Virus record (IMG/VR): IMGVR_UViG_3300028797_000006
Span: 1 to 64,000 of that record
Length of the DNA stretch: 64,000 bases
Source of the DNA: a virus
Taxonomy: Duplodnaviria > Caudoviricetes
Direction: 5' to 3' (one strand)
Shown piece after piece: positions 57,967-64,000 of the stretch (its first letter is position 1; every line of letters starts with the position of its first letter). Made by a program: the position numbers and the translations under genes. The notes under the pieces are model-generated. The model had not been told where the DNA came from and did no database searches. It worked only from the letters and a program-made list of their open reading frames with translations.

Positions 57967-59742
57967 ATGAATAATTCAAGTTATATTTGAAAAGATTTTA
58001 CAAAAGAAGACTTAAAGGCTTGGATTTTAGCGAATACAGACATTAAAGACTGGAATCATTGCCATAATATAGAATTAGATGAACAACAATTAAAATCATT
58101 ATGTAGTGCAATTGGGTGCGTCAGTATAAGTCCAGAGAATATATGGATTTATTTTTCTGATACAGTCAGTCCGCAACAATGATGAATTGGTACTGAAGAC
58201 GATAGCGCGATTACATTAACTTTTCCTGATACTTGTAAAAAAGTTAAAGGAGAATCTTTTAATAACAATTTAAAAAGAGCAAAAACTCGAGGAGTTGAAG
58301 ATAATAGCGAAGAGGGAAATATTTTGATATTAAGAAATATCAGAAGTGTTAGTTCAGCTTCAGATGCTCGAGGATCATATTGTCAGACGCCAAATGAATA
58401 TACTTTTTTAAGTTATATAGGTTTTACTGATAATAATATTTCCGCAACAAGCACGACTAATGGAAGTAAATTATATACAAAATCTTATTTAACAACACTA
58501 GGAAACTACGGAATAAATGGTAAACAATTTAAAATTATTACTTACCTAGATAATCCACCAGTTTATAATGATAATGAAGGATATCATTTTTACTATAAAC
58601 AAAATTATGGTAATAATGCAGATACAAATAATTCTAAAAAATATAGAGATTGAGCAATTAATAATACTTCGATGGATATTGTGTGACACAATTTTACGTC
58701 TGGAGGAGGGTCTACCTCATCTCCTACAGTTACTAATGTCACTGAACAAGGTTTTGATCTAATTATTGGTGGTTCAACAACTCATTATATTAAAAATGCT
58801 TGGCAAGATGTATATGTTCTTTGTAGAGAAGCACCTAGCTCATATAATGGATGATGATCAGATAATGGTAATCAACCTCATATAGCGAGCGAAAATGAAA
58901 GTTATGCAGAAATGTTATATAGAACATATGGAACTTATATGGGAATTTTTCATGTTGGACAACTTACAGATAATTGAACAATGCCATTAATTGTTATGAC
59001 GCCAGGAAAAGGAGGAGATAACCCTAATGTAGATGCAGACTATATTATTGATTGATATTATCCAACAATGTCCTATAAAAAGAATAGTGATAATACATGA
59101 TATAATATTAATGATAATATTTGATTAAGAAACAAAACAGTAGACTGAAAATCGGAAACACAATGAATAAATTGTCCTCATCAAAATCAAACTGTAGGAA
59201 TAGCCCATTATAGTTGAGGATTTGCAGCAAGAAAAAAGAATACAAATAGAAAACCAGTAGAGTATGATACGCATATACTTGGCCCTGATAGTGATTATGC
59301 TTATAATCGTGGTCGTTGATATGCGGTAGAATTTGATACATCAGGAAGAACTTATTGTATACAGTTAAATGTTGGTTATTGATCAATAAAAGGAATAAGC
59401 GAAAGTATTGCAAGCTCAAAGAGTACTACATTAAATTTTTCTTCTCTGACAGCCTACCATATGAGTTATTGAAATAACACATGACATATGGGTCCTTATA
59501 GTTCACTACAAGCGATAGTTACCGCAGATAAATTATTTCCAGGCATTTTTAAAAATAAGACAGTAATTAATGAAGAATTTTATAAAAAGGGTGCTTTTGA
59601 TTGCGACACAGGTTATGACAACGAAACATTGGTAACTTTAGGCATAAGATCAGATGAGAGTGAATATGGAAAATGTCTATTAAAATTTGAAGGGAATAAT
59701 AATAATGGTTATGCAGTTATTTTGATAGATAATAGATCATAA
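57967..59742 (+). CDS. Trp/Asn/Tyr-rich hypothetical protein (code 4), opposite strand to its neighbours
   Basis: 591 aa open in one frame through about 19 TGA; GAGG RBS; terminator downstream. Confidence 0.75.
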
Positions 59743-59743
59743 T

Positions 59744-59769
59744 AAAAAGAGACCAAGCGGTCTCTTTTA
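59744..59769. terminator. bidirectional terminator
   Basis: AAAAAGAGACC-aagc-GGTCTCTTTT. Confidence 0.8.
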
Positions 59770-59787
59770 TCTCAGTTAAATTTTTAT

Positions 59788-60051
59788 TTAAAATGGCCAA
59801 CGATTAAATAAAAAGTCAAATAATGATTCCGCATCATTAATCGTTGTATGGAAATAACCATAATCTTTAATAAAATCTTTTAGAAGTTTCTTATAATTAT
59901 CAAAAGCTTCTTGAACTTCTTTTGCTCTTTTAGCACGGACTTCTTTTTTAGCCTTTTCTTCTTCTTGCGCCTTGTTTAGGGCGGCTTCTGCTTTAATCAA
60001 TGCTTCCTCAGAATTATAGAGTTTTTGTGTTTTTTCGGAATAATACTTCAT
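59788..60051 (-). CDS. hypothetical helical protein
   Basis: MKYYSEKTQK... after GGAGG RBS. Confidence 0.75.
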   Translation of the reverse strand: MKYYSEKTQKLYNSEEALIKAEAALNKAQEEEKAKKEVRAKRAKEVQEAFDNYKKLLKDFIKDYGYFHTTINDAESLFDFLFNRWPF

Positions 60052-60246
60052 ACTTTCTAACCTCCGTATGTTTAATGCGATCCTGTTCGCTTTATAAGTA
60101 TCGGCCTGAGACACACCGAAAATAAACTATTTAATTCGTCGAGACCTACGGTTACATTTAAGTAGCTAGAACCGGTCTATCTTAATGAGCCACAACTCAA
60201 GAAGTTCACTAGTTTTTGTTTGTTTGTACTGTGACTAACGAATAAT

Positions 60247-60343
60247 TGGCACGGGTTGTAGGACTCGAACCCACACCTACCGCTTTGGACACGGAATCTT
60301 TACGGTTTTGAAGACCGCTGTGCTGCCATTACACTAAACCCGC
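60247..60343 (-). tRNA. UGA-decoding tRNA (anticodon UCA; probable tRNA-Trp suppressor) with a 27-nt variable region
   Basis: Acceptor GCGGGTT/AACCCGT, G73, encoded CCA; D arm GTGT-AATGGCA-GCAC; anticodon arm GCGGT-CTTCAAA-ACCGT; T arm GTGGG-TTCGAGT-CCTAC. Confidence 0.92.
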
Positions 60344-60358
60344 ATATTTAACTATTAA

Positions 60359-60387
60359 AATATAGTTAAAGTATTTTTGTTTGTCAA
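60359..60387 (-). promoter_or_regulatory. sigmaA-type promoter for the tRNA
   Basis: TTGACA-17 nt-TATATT, ending 15 nt before tRNA G1. Confidence 0.75.
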
Positions 60388-60388
60388 G

Positions 60389-62119
60389 TTATTTTTCGAA
60401 TGATGATTTTTCTGGGAAATTAGTTTCAAAAAATTTATTTATATTAGCTCTTGTTATATCTTCTTTAATTGAAGAAACTTTTGTATCATTTAAACAGACC
60501 ATTTCTCTGTTCCTTACACAATCTCAAGGAGTATAACTATTTAATTCAAAATAATTAGATTTTTGATAAATTCTAGGTTTCTTTTTACTGACTCCTTGAT
60601 ATTTCATACTATCAATAAACAATAAAGATGGAACGACATTCTTTTTATGTCTAAAACGTGAAACTTTCATAGCATCTCAAATTTCATCCATATATTTACT
60701 CATAAAATCTATTTCATAAGATTTTAATCGTCCATCTGGTAAATGACTATAGTAAATATAGTTACTTCTTTGTCCGCAAATATTTTTTATTAAGAACTTA
60801 GTAGTATTATTTACAACAGAAGATCAAACGCCACTACCATTACCTCAATTTGCAGACATAGTTCCGGTTTCTCCATAATAAAGTGTATCACCTTCAAAGA
60901 ACATATCCCTTGGAATAGGATTCATAAAATAAAAGTCATCATTACAAACAATAAAATGATTACTTAAATCTTTAATTCTATAATAGAACGTTTCAATAAC
61001 TAATGTACTAAAAGTTGGTAAAAACTCTTCAGGGATGAATTCATCATGATACACAATTCTAAGTTTCGGACATTCTCTATTTAATCATTCAGGTAATTGA
61101 CTTTCTCTTTGAACAACTAAAAATACTTTATGTACTCAAGGACAATTTTTTTCAACACATCTAAATCAATATTTAAATACGCCTCAATCACGAGTTCTTT
61201 CAGTACCAAAAGCTTGAATATTAGAAGCATCTTGAATACCTTGATCAATTTCTAATTGTCTATATTTATTAAAATCTGCGCGTCAATTTTCATCATTAGG
61301 ATTAACTCATGGTACAATAATATCAATGTTTTCTCCGGTATTACAAGATTCTAATAAATCAATACGCTCTTCTTCAAACTGATTGAATCTCTCTAAATTA
61401 GATGGCATATTTACTCCTTGAAAATCTAAAAATTCATTAATAGATAAATTTTTATCATCAATATAAAAATCTGCATTTGGTTTACCAAATCACAATTCGT
61501 CATACTTAACGCCATTTTTATCTAATCAAGCACGTGTAATAGCATCATATTTAGCTATACGCTCTTCTATTGTTTTACAACTTTTTGCGCCACGAGCAGT
61601 AGAAAGAATAATCTTTCATCCTTGATCATGGAAACGATTAATTTGCTTAATTGTTTCAACAAGAGGATAAGAATTTTCAAAATCTCTATTTTTTGTGAGA
61701 CATAAGGTGTCATCAATATCTATACAAAGTGTGTTATATCTTTCTCTACTTTTAAGATATTCCTTTTCTTTTGTTGTGCTGATATTTGGGGTACGATCTA
61801 AAAAAACTACTTGAGCAAAAGTTTTTATACGATCAATATCATGGTATCCTTTATATTCTGAGCCACAAGCAAATATTTGGACATGTTTCAAATAACTAAA
61901 TTTATCTTCTTGTGAGTAAAGAGGCACTACTTCATCGACATATCTAATGCTTAAAAGAATTTGTTTACGTTCTTCATATGAATAAAAAGGAATTTTGCCT
62001 TCAGGATTTACATTTACACCTACAACTAAATAATCGCCTAAAGCTTTAGCTCTGCGCAATAAACTAATATGTCCGTAATGTAGAATATCAAATGTTCCTG
62101 TTGTAAATACCTTTTTCAT
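60389..62119 (-). CDS. tri-domain fusion: TagD-like cytidylyltransferase + HAD phosphatase (EcbF/BcbF-like) + Stealth-family sugar-phosphate transferase (code 4)
   Basis: 576 aa in one frame; GTFDILHYGH and RTPNISTT; DIDDT...STARG...GKP...YIDD; Stealth IDIIVP(W)VN, PTFS..IE...NDD, CLND, FPEKSSFE. Confidence 0.85.
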
Positions 62120-62463
62120 TATCGACTCCTATGATATCTTTTTGGTTTTCTAGGTTTCTTTTCTTTTCTTTTATACGGGACTCAGCCTTTATTATATCCC
62201 GTTTCAATTGTATTCAACTTCTTAATCCAGTATTCCTCGCGCTCATTAAGTTTTGCTATTGGGCATAACTCAATTACATCTGCGCGAAAATTACGCCAGT
62301 CAGTCTTCCAATCTTTTTGCATATCTTTATTTGGATGATGACCCTTATAAAGTGCATTAATATGCTGTTTACATCTAAAATATACGTTCTGACTTTGCCC
62401 AACGTATATTTTATTTTTCTTAAGGTTAGTTATTTTATATATTCCAGATGTTGGAAGCGTCAT
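62119..62463 (-). CDS. GIY-YIG endonuclease (code 4)
   Basis: SGIYKI...YVGQS...R..QH...E.YWI...GYN; reads through TGA at 62182 to a TAA overlapping the next ATG. Confidence 0.85.
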
Positions 62464-62465
62464 AA

Positions 62466-62750
62466 TTAATGATTAAGTTTAATGACTACAGTCCAAGTTT
62501 CTGGGCGGACAATTTCACCGCTCTTATTAATCTTACCGGCTTTATATTTCTTTGTTGCAGCAGCAAATAAAGGATTTTGACGTGCTTCATTTACTTTTTC
62601 ATCTGCATCATTTTCGTCTTCATAGACGTATGTTTCTTTTGTTTCGACTACGAGCATGTGTCCGCATGTATCGTCTTCTGCCTTCATTTCAATCTTTGAG
62701 AGATTGATGCCGAGGTTTTGAGCATAACTTGGTAAATCTTCAATTCTCAT
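62466..62750 (-). CDS. hypothetical protein
   Basis: 94 aa, AAGGA RBS. Confidence 0.7.
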   Translation of the reverse strand: MRIEDLPSYAQNLGINLSKIEMKAEDDTCGHMLVVETKETYVYEDENDADEKVNEARQNPLFAAATKKYKAGKINKSGEIVRPETWTVVIKLNH

Positions 62751-62786
62751 TTTATAAGTTTCCTTTCAATATAATTAAGTATAGAA

Positions 62787-63365
62787 TTAATTTTTGATGT
62801 TGTCAAGATAAGTTACTTCGGTCTCTTTGTATTTATTAGCTAAGAACTCAAGTAATCATTTTTCCACTTCTTTAGTAAGAACTCCAAAATCACTTAATCC
62901 TTTTGGTTTTTTGGGGGCATTGTTACATACAAAGAAAATTGCAGCATCGTCACAATTTATTGATAATTGAAATACAATATAGAATCGACCATCTTTTAAT
63001 TCTTGATAAGCAAAGCCACCGACTTTATATTTGTCATCTATCATAATATCATTATAATCGCTACGAGCATTAAGGCCCTTATCTTTTAATTTATTAACTA
63101 TAAAATTAGGGAACTCATGACAGAAATTATGATCTTTTTGCATAAAAATACCACTGATGTCCCCAACAGAATGTATGATTGTTCCGCCATTACGTCCGAT
63201 ATTATAGACGGGGATACCTATATGAAGCACTTTATAATCTTTTTCAGTGCCAATAGTAATGATTTCTTTGTCATGGACCCCATAAGATAAATAGAAATCA
63301 TTAGGATCTTTTAAAGAACTACTTAATCTATTGATTAATTGTTCAAAATTTCCTTTATAAATCAT
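62787..63365 (-). CDS. lipoate/biotin protein ligase-like catalytic domain (code 4)
   Basis: GRNGGTIIH..GD, NDIMIDDKYKVGG; one TGA near the C-terminus. Confidence 0.7.
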
Positions 63366-63376
63366 ATTATTCCTTT

Positions 63377-63901
63377 CTATTTTCCCGAACTACCTAATTT
63401 TCCATCTTTGCGCGCACTTTTCTCGCAAGCTATATCTCATTCAGCTTCGCCAATAGGCATAACTTTTACTACTGGCATCTCAACAGGGATAAGTTGCGCG
63501 ATTGCCTTAGATGCAGGATAGAATAAAATTGGTCCTGTATAATCATCAGATACAAACATTTTATCTACATAAGCCTTATCTACTGAATTAGTGATAATAG
63601 CTGGATAAGGGTTGTCGTTTTTTAAACAAATGAAAATTTCTCCCCTATAGTCCTTATCACAAACACCGCAATGAACGTGGAGTCCTTTACTGCCAGTTGA
63701 TCCGCGATCGAAGGCCATTAACCAATAAGGTCCTTCAATAACATATGCTAAATCAGTCTTAAACATATGTTGTGAATGTGGTGGCATAACAACATGAGTT
63801 TCTGTTGTATAGATATCATATCCGGCCGCATCAGGTGCCTTAGTTGGCGTAATAGCTAATGAGCTAAAATGACGCCATTTAATTATACATTTTTCTTTCA
63901 T
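63377..63901 (-). CDS. dut: dUTPase (code 4)
   Basis: AGYDI, RGSTG, GVCDKDYRGE, IAQL; motif V RKDGKLGSSG lies after the TGA at 63437. Confidence 0.9.
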
Positions 63902-63910
63902 AATTTCTCC

Positions 63911-64000
63911 TTAATAATGAATTAAACTATCTCTATTCATATCAGAATTCTCTTCAATAAAATGATAGGTTGTTGGTGTAAATTCATAGGCAGGAATAAT
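63911..64000 (-). CDS. 3' end of a gene entering from beyond the window
   Basis: Open frame ending at TAA 63911, just before the dut RBS. Confidence 0.5.
   Translation of the reverse strand: MIPAYEFTPTTYHFIEENSDMNRDSLIHY

Noticed and set aside
60275-60301. tRNA intron
   Set aside because: Far too short for a group I or II intron, not in the anticodon loop, and without a clear bulge-helix-bulge. Processing is not excluded without RNA data.
60247-60343. tRNA-Sec (UCA anticodon, long variable arm, G73)
   Set aside because: It has a 7-bp acceptor, 5-bp T stem and 4-bp D stem rather than the 8/5 fold and extended D stem of bacterial tRNA-Sec. There is no selA/B/D in the window, and TGA falls at Trp-type positions in dozens of ordinary proteins.

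Overview
A 64-kb, AT-rich segment of a tailed dsDNA phage genome with SPbeta/c-st-like siphovirus organisation, probably infecting a Bacillota or Mollicutes-related gut anaerobe (inference). The supplied code-11 ORF track is fragmented because TGA is read as Trp. With code 4 the fragments join into full-length genes, and every complete gene I traced ends in TAA or TAG. Layout: (1) 1-2.2 kb, small minus-strand early genes with sigmaA promoters, carrying 18 co-oriented copies of GCAGACGGAA. (2) 3.7-33.5 kb, plus-strand virion module (terminase, portal, protease/scaffold, capsid, connectors, tail tube, tape measure, distal tail/baseplate, S74 tail fibre) with an nrdH-nrdD-nrdG insert. (3) RuvC-like resolvase and two holin-like genes, with no recognisable endolysin. 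(4) 36-58 kb, minus-strand replisome (DnaE, RecJ, DnaG, DnaB, SSAP, SSB, type II topoisomerase A/B, UvrD-like helicase, RNase H, two DEDDh exonucleases). (5) A UCA-anticodon tRNA, a cytidylyltransferase-HAD-Stealth fusion, a lipoate-ligase-like gene and dUTPase. TGA use is strongly partitioned: it is absent from the early genes, the core replisome and the high-copy capsid/tail proteins, and abundant in low-copy virion, lysis and accessory genes. The most striking object is the UGA-suppressor tRNA (60247-60343). Its 27-nt variable region holds a second anticodon-like stem-loop displaying CCA (the Trp anticodon), making it an apparent double-anticodon tRNA. All calls are from manual reading; no searches were run.
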